A stretch of 63,778 bases of DNA, the filler included, from Octopus bimaculoides (Eukaryota): the NCBI RefSeq assembly GCF_001194135.2. It is 5 parts of 4 records of this genome, joined end to end, with 100 filler letters (N's around TTAATTAATTAA, not from the genome) between each part and the next. Parts side by side here need not be neighbours in the genome. Positions count along the whole stretch, not along the records: positions 31,069 to 39,182 come from NC_068986.1; positions 39,283 to 55,891 come from NC_068993.1; 3 more parts are not named here. The stretch is one strand, 5' to 3'. Positions 35,530 to 49,503 of this stretch are shown one piece after another. Each line of letters starts with the position of its first letter. Positions within the stretch are counted from its first letter, which is position 1. Below the pieces are notes generated by a model. That model did no database searches. It was given only the letters and a program-made list of their open reading frames with translations, and had not been told where the DNA came from. A program made the position numbers and the translations under genes.

Positions 35530-37524
35530 GTAAGTAAGCATATTTCTATGAAAAGATGCACTAAATTGAGCTACATGAGTCTTCTAGAGCCTAAAATTAG
35601 CATGGCACTGTCATATTGAGAATGTTGTTCATTCTCTCTTGCTGTTTTAATGCGTGGTAAGCAACATCCAAATTTTACCAAGCAGATATTCCTGTACATG
35701 TGAATTTCATTTTCCTTTGAGAAATACTGTTCAAATTTTGTCAAGAAAAATCATATTGTACAATGAATATTATTTTGTCAACTATTAAAGTCTGATGTGG
35801 TCTATTCTGTTTTTCTGATTTTGAATACAATCAGATAATTTGTGGTAGTATTTACATTTTCACAAGTAAGTGCCAATTTGTTTTGGGGCTTTTTCTCTTT
35901 CTCTCTCTCCAACTAACAAGTTTTCTGTAAGATGCAGATGTTTTTAATGCTAAAGCAAGGAATTAGTTTTCAAATTCTGTGTTTTTTAATCTAAGTCTAC
36001 ATGCAATTTTGCAAAAGGTAGCAGTTGGTGGTGGGATGTGCTAGAAACAACAACTAAATCTCCCTTAATTCATACACTTTTCCATCTGAAAATATTTTCA
36101 AATTTTTTCTTTTTTCACCATAAAAAGCTTCTCACATCATTTTGAAATGTGGAGTGCAAGACATTTGTCCAAAATCAGTCCAGAGGGTAGGAAACAGGGC
36201 GTGGTAGTGGAGGGAATCATAAATTTTTCCAAAATTATTTTCATAAAAAGCTTTCCCTCATCATATGCAAGGCTGTGGTGAAAAAAAATTGCAAAAATCC
36301 CAGTTAGAATAGGGAAAATCCAACTTATGTGGGTGTTCTAATCTCAAACTCTGCAGTTTATTGCCATTTTTAATAGCTTATTAAAATTTTATTGAAATGG
36401 TATCATATCCCATTGTATACATACAACACATGCACCAAAACTCAAGTCCATGTGGTTTTTGGGCTTTTGGATTTAGATAGGTCTGAAAACACCATGAAAT
36501 CAACTGTTTGTTGCATGTAACAATAAATATTAAAAAAAAATTGTCAAAAAAAGTTTCATCTTCAAGAATCAAAAAAAAAAATAGGCAACTGTTATATCGT
36601 GGATAATATTAATTTATATAATTTGAAGATGACTATCACCTCATTTTCAAAGATATGACATCATACCTAATCATTCATTTAGGTCAATTAGGTAAGATTT
36701 CAACCAATTTGCTGAGCATTCAAATTGACATATTTCCTACAATATTCATCCAAATTTCACAAATGAGGTATTAAAATGTTTCTTTTCGGATGCTCTCCAA
36801 GAAAAAGTACAGTAGAAATTACATTTAAATATTTTCGAAAATTCATAGTGATAGCTGCATTTAAGCAACGCCCATTTCCAGTCTTCTGTGATAAAACTCA
36901 TTTGGCCATGGGAAAATATTACCTTTCTTAGAAACAGGTGAATGTTGGCAACTACCCTCATCAAATTTTGTCTGACCCATGAAACCATGGAAAAGTGAAT
37001 GTTAAGATGATGATGATTACACACACAAAGTAAAATCAGTTTTGAGTTTGCTTATATATAGAGAAATTTTTGCTAATAAAATTAAGTCTTCAAAACTTGT
37101 AATTGCATTTCATACCAATGAAAAATAAATGTACATAATTCTGTATACTTACAAACTTTAAAAAAATAAAGAGAATGAGAGAATGAAGATGGTGAAAGAG
37201 ATATATTCTGTTAAAGGAAATATTTCAGTACACCATGTCTAAATGAATAAGGAGTAATGTCTGGTTTACTTCAGGAAAAGAAGTTAGGTAAATAAAGAGA
37301 GAAATGTGGTTAAACAACTTTTCATACTAAACACTCTTTACAGATGCTTTTTTACAAACACAAATCATTAAAAAAGATATTTCAAAGTAAATCTCTTAAC
37401 TATCTTCTTTTTTTTATACTTTTGTTCTTTTGTACTTCAAAGGACTTTCACATCCCACCATCTTTTGTGAACAAAGTTGCTCTTTAAAAATATGTGATAG
37501 CCATGCTCAAAATTGTGAGGCAAC

Positions 37525-37557
<33 letters not shown>

Positions 37558-37851
37558 GCATACACACATTTTATTACTGGTTTCTGTCATTGGAATGAAA
37601 CCATGCTAGGGCATTACACTCATGGGTTCATGCAATTATATCACCCCAGTCCTCAACCTGATACAACCCTTTTTATCAGTCACTATTCACTGAAAAGCTA
37701 AGTTCATCAATGGTATTCTGTCCCTTCAGGAACACAAATGCTGATCTTTACACTGATTTTCACAAACCTATACCATTGCTGCCAGATATATGTAGTTATG
37801 TATCATGGTATATAAGGTAGGCAGTGCCTGTCCAAACTAAAACTATAAATA

Positions 37852-38045
37852 TTGATTATTGATTTCAAATTTTGGCACAAGGCCAGAAATTTTGGGGGAG
37901 AGGATAAGTCAATTACATTGACCCTAGTTTTCAATTGGTACTTATTTTATTGACCTCAAAAGGATGAAAGGCAAAGTCAACCTCGGTGGAATTTGAACCC
38001 AGAATGTAAAGACAGATGAAATGCTGCTAAACATTTCATCCAGTG
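37852..38045 (-). mobile_element. SINE (TTA-tail family)
   Basis: AAAGGATGAAAGGCAAAGTCAACCTCGGTGGAATTTGAAC. Confidence 0.75.
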
Positions 38046-38830
38046 TGAAAACTACTTGAGAACTGGTAAAAGAACTTGCTAGTTGTCAGAAAACTGCCTG
38101 CAACCATTTGCATGCAATCGGAAAATCAAAGAAGTTTGACAATTGGGTACCACACGATTTGAATGAAAATCAGAAAATATGTAGATATTAAATTTGCTTG
38201 TCACTTTTTCTCTGTGACCAGACCAATCCGTTTCTCAACCGTATTGTAACTTGCAATGAAAAATAGATTCTGTACAATAATAAAAATGTTCTTTGCAGTG
38301 GTTGGACCAAAATGAAGCAACGAAAACCTTCCTTAACCTGAGCTCTTCAAAAAGGAGGTTATGATGACTGTTTGGTGATGTACTGCTAGACTCATCCACT
38401 ATAATTTCTTAAAATCTGGAAAAAGCATTACTGCAGAAACATATTGCCACGAAATTGCCAAAATGAATGAAAAACTGCTACTTGTCCGTCCCAGACTCGT
38501 CAACAGGAGAGGGCCACTCATTCTTCATGACAATGCTCATCCATAGCGCTCCAGAAGTTGAGGGAACTTCGCTATGAAGTTTTCCCTACCCAGCTTATTC
38601 CCCAGACCTTTCTCTTACTGACTACCACTTTTTCAAGCACCTTGATGGTTTCCTGCAAGAGGAGTTCAAAAATCAAACTGATGCTGAAAGTGTGTTCAAA
38701 GAGTTTATCAACTCCAGAACTCCAGATTTTTATGTTACTGGAATAAACAAACTTGTAATTCGTTGGCAAAAATGTGTTGATTGTAATGGTACTTACTTTG
38801 ATGAATAAAATTTCCGCATTGTTGAAATAT
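38046..38830 (+). mobile_element. Mariner transposase pseudogene
   Basis: WVPHDL, FLNRIVTCNEK, HDNAHP, AYSPDLSLTDYHFFKHL and RWQKCVDCNGTYFDE* motifs, with stops and frameshifts. Confidence 0.9.
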
Positions 38831-39281
38831 ATTGTGATGAATTTCACGTTTCAAAACGTTGCTTACTTTTTACTCAGCCTGATACATGAATACAGAATGA
38901 CTTTTATATCTAATTTGGTGTTTATATTTTACATGTTTATTTGCAATTCAATCAACTTCTTTTATTCTTATATATATGATAACAATAACAATATATAATA
39001 AGAGAAGGATTCCATATATATACTCTCACATACATACATATATACCACCAGCATGACCGCAGCCACTTGGCTGAAACACATAAATAAATAAATAAATAAA
39101 TACATACATGCATATATATATATCTGCACAAATGTATCCATATACATGTATACCTATCTATCTATCTATCTATCTATATATANNNNNNNNNNNNNNNNNN
39201 NNNNNNNNNNNNNNNNNNNNNNNNNNTTAATTAATTAANNNNNNNNNNNNNNNNNNNNNNNNNNNNNNNNNNNNNNNNNNN

Positions 39282-40140
39282 NGACGAAGGCAGGTGGTGT
39301 AGACAACAAGCAGATGTATTAGTTTAACGTTTGGGAAGTAAAAAAGTCTTTAACGTTTTGAGCTTACGCTCTTCTGCAGAAAAGAAAACAGAAAGAAACA
39401 GGGAGAGAAAATAAAGAATGTGTAGTGGCTAGCGATCTATCATGGCGAATGCCGGATAGAGGGGTCACACATGAGAGCTAGGAAGATGGGGAGATAATAA
39501 AGTAGTGGTGATCCGAAAACGAAGGTGCGCGTGCGTGTATATAAGAGAGTATTATGTGCGAGTGGAAGAGGGCTGGTGACCTTGAAGTGTGCGTGTGTGC
39601 ATGTATAGGTGTGTGGATGATGATGTGGATGATGATGTGGGTGTTGGGAAGTAGTCAGTGCTAGTATCTGCGTGGTGGTGTGTTGTGATGTTGTGTTGTG
39701 TGGTGTGGTGGTGTTAGGATGTGGGGGAGGCGAGCGTGGGGAAAGCAGGGGTGGGATGTGGATTAGGCTGAGTGCGGGGGTAGAGGTGGGGTATGTGGGA
39801 GTAAGTGTAAGGGATGGTGTGGGGTGGGATAGGATGGATAGGGAATACACACATTCATACAAACATAGGTACATATATATATACATACATATATACATTC
39901 ATAGAAACATGCATACGTGCATATCACACACTACAACTGACCAACTACTAACTCCCTTTCTCCCTTTCTCCCTTCCCCCATTTTCACACTACATACGTCA
40001 AGATCACCAGCATTCTGCCTCCCACACACAGCCCATCGTTCCCGATCACCGTTTGTTATCTCCCCCTTTCTTAGCTCTCCTGAAATAAGAATTTCTAACT
40101 TCCGGTCAGTCATTGTTATGATCGGCCATTATTATGATTG
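39282..40140. mobile_element. Possible Penelope-like terminal repeat region with G-rich low-complexity insert
   Basis: ACGTTTTGAGCTTACGCTCTTC resembles PLE terminal text. Weak support. Confidence 0.3.
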
Positions 40141-41665
40141 ACCGNNNNNNNNNNNNNNNNNNNNNNNNNNNNNNNNNNNNNNNNNNNNNNNNNNNNNNNN
40201 NNNNNNNNNNNNNNNNNNNNNNNNNNNNNNNNNNNNNNNNNNNNNNNNNNNNNNNNNNNNNNNNNNNNNNNNNNNNNNNNNNNNNNNNNNNNNNNNNNNN
40301 NNNNNNNNNNNNNNNNNNNNNNNNNNNNNNNNNNNNNNNNNNNNNNNNNNNNNNNNNNNNNNNNNNNNNNNNNNNNNNNNNNNNNNNNNNNNNNNNNNNN
40401 NNNNNNNNNNNNNNNNNNNNNNNNNNNNNNNNNNNNNNNNNNNNNNNNNNNNNNNNNNNNNNNNNNNNNNNNNNNNNNNNNNNNNNNNNNNNNNNNNNNN
40501 NNNNNNNNNNNNNNNNNNNNNNNNNNNNNNNNNNNNNNNNNNNNNNNNNNNNNNNNNNNNNNNNNNNNNNNNNNNNNNNNNNNNNNNNNNNNNNNNNNNN
40601 NNNNNNNNNNNNNNNNNNNNNNNNNNNNNNNNNNNNNNNNNNNNNNNNNNNNNNNNNNNNNNNNNNNNNNNNNNNNNNNNNNNNNNNNNNNNNNNNNNNN
40701 NATATATATATATATATATATATATACATTCATACAAACATACATACATTCATACATACATACATATATATATGTGTCTTCATATACATATACATATATA
40801 CGCATGTGTGTATATATAGATAGACACATATACAGATATACACACATGCAAACACGCGCAAACCACACATACGTATACATATACATATTATAATGTAACT
40901 AATAAAGTATATGAATAATAAATGTTACATCATGCAAGCACAATCCGATACAGAACACAATACTGAGAGAATGGTGCATAGATAAATACTCATTATAATT
41001 TATTAAACTATAAATTGACCTTCGGGCTACCAACCAACCGATAGATCAAGGTGCTAGATCAAAGTCCAACCTTCCCGAAGTAAATGTAAATGAAGAGAAG
41101 GTTTTCAATAATAAATGGATAGTTTATCTCTATAATATATTAGCGTATTTCTTAATATAGCATTACCCCCGTCTTCACTTACTTCACACCCTTTTCACTC
41201 TGACACTAACCAACCTTGTTTATACTCCTTATTCTTCTCCTGAGCCTCTACTCTCAAAGATAGCTCAACTTAGGGTGAAACTCAGACTCGACTGTTTACT
41301 TTGTTAGAATATGTATGCTAATGGTCAATAAATCTAAGGTCAAGAGAAATTCAATTAGAACATAAGAAGCAACACAAACGTGAAATACATTCAATTCAGT
41401 TCATGATAATGAAACTATGAAGATATAGGCAACCCGCTGTTCGAAACCAGCCGTGAAATCCCAAGAAGGAATTACGAAATATATAAAGTTAAAAATATTA
41501 ATCTTGAAGATAAACGCGTGTGTGTATCGAAAATAGTATGGAAGAGCAAGGATTTTTACAAGTAACACTGAAACATAGCACAAATTTATGCTCTCGTCAG
41601 TTGTTGATTAGAAATCATTACAATTTCGGCTAAATCTGGATTTGTACACTTCCTTTATATATAAA

Positions 41666-42236
41666 CTAGAAAGTTGCCTGTCATATGACTGGTAACTTTA
41701 AAAGTATATTCTGCCACTGTAGGTAATATCAGGAAATATGGCATACATCATTATAATTTAAATGTTATCAAATTTATTTGTGTATATACAAAACCAAAGA
41801 AATGGACGTTAATTTACAAAAGAAAAACATTATTGCCTTAAAATAATATTAAATTTCATAAATTTATTCTTTGTGTATTCTCAATAAATATTTGCTATTA
41901 TTTTTCTAAATTTTATCAACATAATCTCAGTCTACTACATCGAAAGCCTATCGCTGCAAAGTTTCACAAATAGAACGTATTTTTCAAGCCGTTATAAAGC
42001 ACTCATCCTCCACCTCTAATTTTCCTCTCCTTGTACATCTCTTTTACTTTTTCTCTCCCCCTTTCTCAATACGATGTAAAATTCTATTGCAGAATTCAGC
42101 TTACAGCCAATGACCAACATTTATATCGGCTGTTATCTCTCTCACACGCGCGTGCATATGATTTCGAAGATTTGAAAGATTTCAGTTGCTGGTAGTTACT
42201 ATCTATTCCTCGATCTAAAATCGCTATATATATATA
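41666..42236 (-). mobile_element. Non-autonomous Helitron
   Basis: On the minus strand a hairpin GTTACCAGTCA-TA-TGACAGGCAAC is followed by CTAG|T at 41669-41665. The 5' end is approximate. Confidence 0.5.
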
Positions 42237-44364
42237 CAATGAAACCTACGTTGAGAACTCAACATATCACATGTAATTACCATGAAAAACTACGTATGTG
42301 TAGAAATTTACGAAAAATCTGGATCTTGCGTGAGAAACCGAAAAGAATTCAAAAGTGCCACTGTTCTGAGAATCTTTACACAGTATTGTATTTACTAAAT
42401 TAAAAATGTTGTTTTCAAATATATGTACACGGTTAGACGACGAGCCGAGAGAATCGTTTGCACGCCGTTAGCGGTGTTTCGTCCGTGTTTACATTTTGAG
42501 CTAACATTCCGCTTATACATGATCACGCATTTTGAAGGGATGGTGTAATCACTTAGACTCTTCGCCGCTACTCAATATATGATTTCATTGAGATATGAAA
42601 CTTCAGAAAATTAACAAGGCAACAGTACATCTGATTTTCTGATAGCTATCTAGGGAGTTAAATGCTAGCAGAATCGTTGGCACATCAACTAAAATGCTTA
42701 GCCATATTTCATTCAGCTTTTTATATTATAAGTTCAAATTGCCTGAGGTTAATTTACTTTTTCATCCCTTCTGGGTCAATAAAATAGGGTATCAGTAAAT
42801 TAATTGAATTGAGGTAATCGACTTGTCTCCTTTCCTCAAAAATTGCTATCCTTGAACTCTGTAATGCACCGGTGTCCTGGCCAAGAGATTGTTGCGATTT
42901 CGGTTACTTATATGTCGTAGGAACCGGGTAACCGGCCTTATGAATACTAGGGGTCAAGGAAAACAATAAATTAAGAAAATTAAGGAGTTAGAGAAAAAGA
43001 AAATAAATGCCTGTCAACTGAGACCATTATATCTGATTTTGGTATAAGGTAAGCAATTTTGAAGAAAGGGGTTAGCTGATACCATTGACCTCAGTACTTG
43101 ATTGATACCTTATTTTGTCTAACCACAAAAGAATGAACGGCACATGCGTCGTCAGTAAGTTGTGAGCTCATATCATAAAGATTCGGAAAAAATTCCGCAA
43201 GGAATTTTGTCTGGCGATCTAACGATTCTGACAACTCGCCACTTCTTTTAGTCAGTAGAAATATTTGTAGTTTGTAGTTCTTGCACCAAAAACTGAAATT
43301 TTCTAGAATGTATATGTGTTAAGCAAAGTAGATTACGATTTTGCCCCCACCCTAACAAAACCAAATAAATGTGGGAAAGGAACACCGCCTTTTTCTGTAA
43401 TTTCCCAGTTTTGGTTATTTTGATTAGTTGTCGAATTTTTTATTTTCAAATACCTATTTCAAAAAGTTACGCATATTTTTGAAGAACTACACTTTGAGAT
43501 ATTCAGAATATAAATTTAAATAAGCAAAAACAAAAAACTCAAAAGTGAAAACAACAGCAAAGGACAAACACCAATTTTTTTCTGTAGGATCGTAATCTAC
43601 GACGCTTAAAATGCACACACCCAAAGAGATAACCATTTTTTGGCACACTAGCTAATTTATAGGAATACCGATGACTAACATTATCTGCATGCGTCATCAA
43701 TCGAAATCAAACCAAAAATATACAATTCAGTGCGTCTACGAGACAGTATTCAGGGTGAACTCGATCAAAGCCGTGGCCATCTTCCTGTCATATTAGTAAT
43801 GCACAAATCATGAAATGTAAAAAAAAAAAAAAAAAAAAATTACAAAGAAGTATTTTGGAGAGCGTTAGAATTTCAAGAATCCTATAAAAGATCCACCACT
43901 TCAGCTGTCGTTTCGATTTTATTTGATTTTAATGTCAAAGTGGAATATTGATTGATTTATTAAAATTAAAAGAAATCTGTGACAAAAATTATTGGCAGTT
44001 CCAAAGCATCAAGCTATGTATGGTATGTGTAGCAGAAAACCTGTGCAGGCNNNNNNNNNNNNNNNNNNNNNNNNNNNNNNNNNNNNNNNNNNNNNNNNNN
44101 NNNNNNNNNNNNNNNNNNNNNNNNNNNNNNNNNNNNNNNNNNNNNNNNNNNNNNNNNNNNNNNNNNNNNNNNNNNNNNNNNNNNNNNNNNNNNNNNNNNN
44201 NNNNNNNNNNNNNNNNNNNNNNNNNNNNNNNNNNNNNNNTTATATACGACTCCAGCGAAAAATCTTCCAGTGGTTGAAGGATTTGCGCCAAAAGCCCCAC
44301 AACATATTTGAACATAGTTTAATGTTTTCCATTAATAATTTTTTTCATTATTTTATACGAATTT

Positions 44365-44785
44365 AAGGCAGTGAATTGGCAGAAACATTAGTATGCAGGG
44401 CAAAATGCTCAGCGGCATTCTGTCGGTCTTTACTTTCTGAGTTCAAATTACGCCGAGGTCAATTTTGCCTTTCATCTTTTCAGGATCGATAAATTAAGCA
44501 CCAGCGGCGTACTGAGGTCGATGTAATTGACTGAATCCTTCCCCCGAAATTTCGGGCCTTGTGCCTAGAGTAGAAATGATTATTTTATATGAATGTAAGG
44601 CAGCGAGTTGGCAGAATCATTAGCAGACCGGTGAAAATGCTCAGCGGCATTTCGTCCGTCTTTACGTCCTGACTTCAAATTCCATCGAGGTCGACTTTGC
44701 CTTTCATCCTCTCGGAGTCGATATAATCGACTACCTACTTCCACACAAAAAAAATTTCAGGCCTTGTGCCTTTAGCAGTAAGGAT
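44365..44785 (+). mobile_element. Tandem pair of SINEs
   Basis: Two copies start AAGGCAG.GA.TTGGCAGAA at 44365 and 44597. Confidence 0.85.
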
Positions 44786-45563
44786 TATCTTATACGAATT
44801 TCAAGCCATATGTACGGGGTGAGAGTAAAGGCGTGTGTTACCGCCACTTTATAGCAAGCAGAACCATTGATATCACTACTGTGATTAGGATGCTTGACTT
44901 TAAGAATATTTTCTTTTGTTTTTCTCTAGTGTCTCTTATTTGTGGAACACCTTGTTCGTTTTCAATCCTCCATTAATCGTTTATTCTTTTCAGGAAATTC
45001 TATATAATATAGAGGTATTGTTTACAAATGTTTTCTTACCTAGTTCTCTTGTGGTATGTGATGCAGTGCCTTGCAGTTTCTTTGCATTGCAATTTATAAA
45101 TTTAAATCATATTTGGTTATTAATACCTTGTTTATAGGCTTACAAATACATACAATTTTAGTCAAACAAGACCTGTAGTATGATCGGCTCTCTCAAGGTG
45201 CCTCGCAGAGGGATCGAACCCAGAAACACATAATTGCAAAGCTACCCAACATTCTTATTTACTATATGCCACAAATACAACAAACATGTCACATAACTGT
45301 GCGATATTAGATTTTAAATTTTCTGGATCTGCTACGTTGTCCACGTTTTATTTAGAGACATCAACAAAAAACGTTCAAGTCAACGTGAACTTCATAGAAC
45401 TTATTAGTCTGGTGAAGCAGACACAATTAATGGTCGCGGCTTTCCTCTTTCTATCCTCCTAACCAGCCTCCTCCTTCTCAGACAATAAAATAATGAACGC
45501 AACAGAATTGCAGAATATTTGAGAGAAATTCTAATATATAACATATGTGAGTGAATTATCTCA

Positions 45564-45607
<44 letters not shown>

Positions 45608-45836
45608 CTCTCTCTCTCTCTCTCTCTCTCTTTCTGTTATAAGACAAATCTATGTGCAAAAATATGTATTTCTCGGCACATTCCGATATGGCTGTGCGCC
45701 TAGACATTTGTTTGAATTTTAATATTTACTGCAAATGTATGTATGAAGATGTGGGTTAAATATATACATTCTTGAAATGCAATACCTCTCTCGTTATGCT
45801 TGTAAACTGCATCTAATTATATGGGTTTTATTATTA

Positions 45837-45891
<55 letters not shown>

Positions 45892-46611
45892 GGTTGGTTG
45901 GTTGGTATGTGCATTTACAGTCGTTATGACTAGCTACATGTGTAACATGTGGAAATAATCTCCATTATGCTTAGTGAGAAGCGTGAAATACTGATTATTA
46001 TTGTTTTAGTTCTCTGTTTCAAGTATATTACAAGTATCATACTGACTCCGTATCATTACGTAAGTAAAACAATTGTTTCATTATGAGTGAGGATCCAGTG
46101 AGATTGTTTTTTTTTGTTTTGTTTGTGTGTTAATGTCAAAACAGATATTTCTGTATATGCATACGTATACGCACGCACACTCATATACTCACATATGCAT
46201 ATAGAAACACACATACGCATACACACACATATACACACGTGTACATATACAAACACTAACATATGTATATAGATTATAATAGTGAAATAAATCTAAATAA
46301 TAATATCGTAGAAGTGTCTAATGCTTATATTACAGAACTTGAGTAATACATAATAGGAAATATATTCTATATGGAAGACAATCCTCAGTTCAAACATTTC
46401 AATATATAACCTCATATATATAGATATATATAACAAAGTAAAACTGGAAGGTACCGGACGAGTGAAAATATACAGGGAAGAGGATTTGAAAATGCAGAGG
46501 TCTTTTAAAGATGTCTATTGACTTGACCAGGTTCAGTTTTTTTTAAAAAAGATTTTCACAAGTAAAGTGCAAGGCTTTGTGTAGCTTTTGTGGTGTTAAC
46601 GATTAGTTGAC

Positions 46612-46890
46612 ATCATCATCATCATCATCGTTTAACGTCTGCCTTCCATGCTAGCATGGGTTGGACGATTTGACTGAGGACTGGTGAAACCGGATGGCAA
46701 CACCAGGCTCCAATCTAATTTGGCAGAGTTTCTACAGCTGGATGCCCTTCCTAACGCCAACCACTCAGAGAGTGTAGTGGGTGCTTTTACGTGTCACCCG
46801 CACGAAAACGGCCACGCTCGAAATGTTGTCTTTTATGTGCCACCCGCACAAGAGCCAGTCCAGGGGCACTGGCAACGATCTCGCTCGAAA
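46612..46890 (-). mobile_element. RTE LINE 3' terminus
   Basis: Reverse complement of 9990-10194. Confidence 0.8.
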
Positions 46891-47389
46891 ACCCTATGTA
46901 TTAAAATGCAGTGATAAAGTCTTTGACAATGATAAGAAAACGTTAAGAAATAGAATCTTTGACAATGATAACAAGATGTTATGAGAGACTTTGTGTTTAA
47001 ACAGTATACATAAAAGTGTACAAAATAGGCAGTAAAATAAGTTCATAATTGTTTATAAGTTCATCAGAAATCATAATTGTTTATAAGCATAAAATCCGTT
47101 TCGTAATTGGCAAACCAGGTGGTATTTTTTGCCCCCATCTTTGGAGGGATGTAAGTTCTTCATCTTCACTGTTTTTTCTCCGAAGTTTGGTGGTTTTTTC
47201 AAAGAGTATGCCTTCACAGGATTTTGAAATTTCAATATATGAGGAATAACAAAAATGGGGTTTCAAGTTCACTATTACTCTTTCGTTACAATTTTATCCA
47301 TGCAGTCACAGATTACATTATACATGTTTAAAATCTTACCATCTTTAGGTAAATTTTAAATATGTATAGGCGTTGATAATGTCCTATTC

Positions 47390-47432
47390 AACAACCAGCA
47401 TGATGAATAACTTATTCATCATGCTGGTTGTT
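47390..47432. repeat. Perfect 21-bp palindrome with 1-nt spacer
   Basis: AACAACCAGCATGATGAATAA-C-TTATTCATCATGCTGGTTGTT. Confidence 0.95.
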
Positions 47433-47519
47433 TAATACTTCTACGATTTAATCTTGCCTGAGAATGGTGGATTTACACCTTGATGTACTCTACGAGTGCA
47501 TCAACAAAATTCTACCGAT

Positions 47520-47800
47520 ACAAACTGAAACTCTGTCGGTTACCACTACAAGGGTTCTAGTCGATCCGATCAACAGAAAAAAAAACTGCTCGTGAAATTA
47601 ACTTGCAAGTGGCGGAGCATTCTACAGACATGCGTACCCTCAACATAGTTTGGAGGGAGATTCAGCATGATACAGAATGTGACATGGCTGGCTCTTTGAA
47701 AATACAGGTAGAACGAATTTTTGCCAGCTGAGTAGATTGGAGCAACGTGAAATAAGGTGTCTTGTTCAGGGACACAACGCGCCGTCGGGAATCGAACTCA
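47520..47800 (-). mobile_element. tRNA-derived SINE
   Basis: Reverse of the 59822-60213 family. B-box GAGTTCGATTCC on the minus strand. Confidence 0.7.
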
Positions 47801-48417
47801 TGAACTTACAACGTGAGCAGAGTACACTACCTTAATGCTGCAGTATATTTAGACCTTATTTGTGTTATTCTTTTTATACTTACACCTCGCCTAGAACCAA
47901 CATTGATTCGGATCTACGGTTCATATTGGATTTGGTACCTATATNNNNNNNNNNNNNNNNNNNNNNNNNNNNNNNNNNNNNNNNNNNNNNNNNNNNNNNN
48001 NNNNNNNNNNNNNNNNNNNNNNNNNNNNNNNNNNNNNNNNNNNNNNNNNNNNNNNNNNNNNNNNNNNNNNNNNNNNNNNNNNNNNNNNNNNNNNNNNNNN
48101 NNNNNNNNNNNNNNNNNNNNNNNNTAGTTTCATCTCACAGTAAACTGATTGTTATGGCACCCAGCCAATTTTGGCGCCCTACGTGTTGATGCGCCTACAT
48201 TCTAATGAATCCTGTAACTAATCTCTCTCTCTGTCTCTCTCTTTCTCTCTCTCTCTCTCTATGTATATATATATATAGATAGATAGATAGATAGGTAGAT
48301 AGATAGATAGATACACATATGCATATATGCTCATATATATACACACGTGCCATCTATAATGACACCATAAAATGACATTGGAATAATTGATGCCGATGAA
48401 AAATATGCAATTCTCAG

Positions 48418-48487
48418 TGAAAATCGAACTCGAAGTGGTGAAACTATCAAAACAGATTCCTATATTAATACTGAAGGTTCAATTAAG
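48418..48487 (+). CDS. Candidate exon, phase 2->0, ENRTRSGETIKTDSYINTEGSIK
   Basis: TTCTCAG| and AAG|GTAATG. Short, and the pyrimidine tract is weak. Confidence 0.28.
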
Positions 48488-49088
48488 GTAATGTGGTCAC
48501 GTAATGCAACCTTTCTATACACTAGTTGCATTGAGTTGTCTTGATAAAGAATGTCGTCCCAGGGAGAAATAAAGAAAAACAAAACAAAAAAAAATCAAAA
48601 CAACAAAGAAATACGGTAAAATATCTCATCATTAAGCATCCTTTTACTTAATACGCTGTATTAGTTATTGACATATTTCTCACAAAATAGCGAATTGATT
48701 AAATATTGGTTTCCAATAAACTAGTTGTTAAGGCCTCATTATTTTAGGTATTGGAAGAAGCTATGATACTAATGTCGTTTTTAGAAGCATTAGCGACACA
48801 AGAGAGGTGAAAATGGCTTTTGCTACTGAAAATGGCTTCTAGTACGAATTGAATTGGGCTCGCTTACCGGCCGGCTCTGGCCACAAAGTGATTGAACATA
48901 GTTTGAAACTATATATACATATATTTACATGGTCAGTCACATAATGGTTTGTTTCTACGAATTCGTAAATGGTAGTATGCTTGTGATAAAAATCAATGAT
49001 GGTGTGCATGGAATTGTTGATTAAATGAAATCCAACAGCTGCAAATAAATATTCGATACAAACGTAAAATCATTAGTTTTCTTTATAG

Positions 49089-49151
49089 AATAAATAGGAC
49101 AGGCATTAAAAGTGATGCACCACGAAACACCAATGGAAATGAAGATGAGAG
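49089..49151 (+). CDS. Candidate exon, phase 2->2, INRTGIKSDAPRNTNGNEDE
   Basis: GTTTTCTTTATAG| and GAG|GTAACA. Only this frame is open. Confidence 0.38.
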
Positions 49152-49503
49152 GTAACAGGCCGAGGAAACATTTTGTGATCAGAGAACATAGAGTTAGCTT
49201 CGACATTGACTCAGAAAAACAAAGTTATGAATAATCCAACAGGTCAGTCATTAAAATATGAACCTTGAAGACAGGAAAAGGAGCTGAAAACCTGAAATTA
49301 ATGGATAACGAAGGAGCTAGGGCATAACTGGACAATATGTTAGGGAGCAATCGGTGATAGATTTAGGGAAAACGTTGATTACCCTTTACTCCAGTAAATT
49401 ATATCTTTACCTTTTACTCCAGAAATTTCAGTTAAACTTTATTTAGTGAGTGACATAAATAATATTATGACAAAAATATCATGTGCTGATTAAGTTAAAT
49501 ATT

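Noticed and set aside
37275-37287. 13-nt microexon TTCAG|GAAAAGAAGTTAG|GTAAAT
   Set aside because: It is too short to distinguish from chance and sits in repeat-like sequence.
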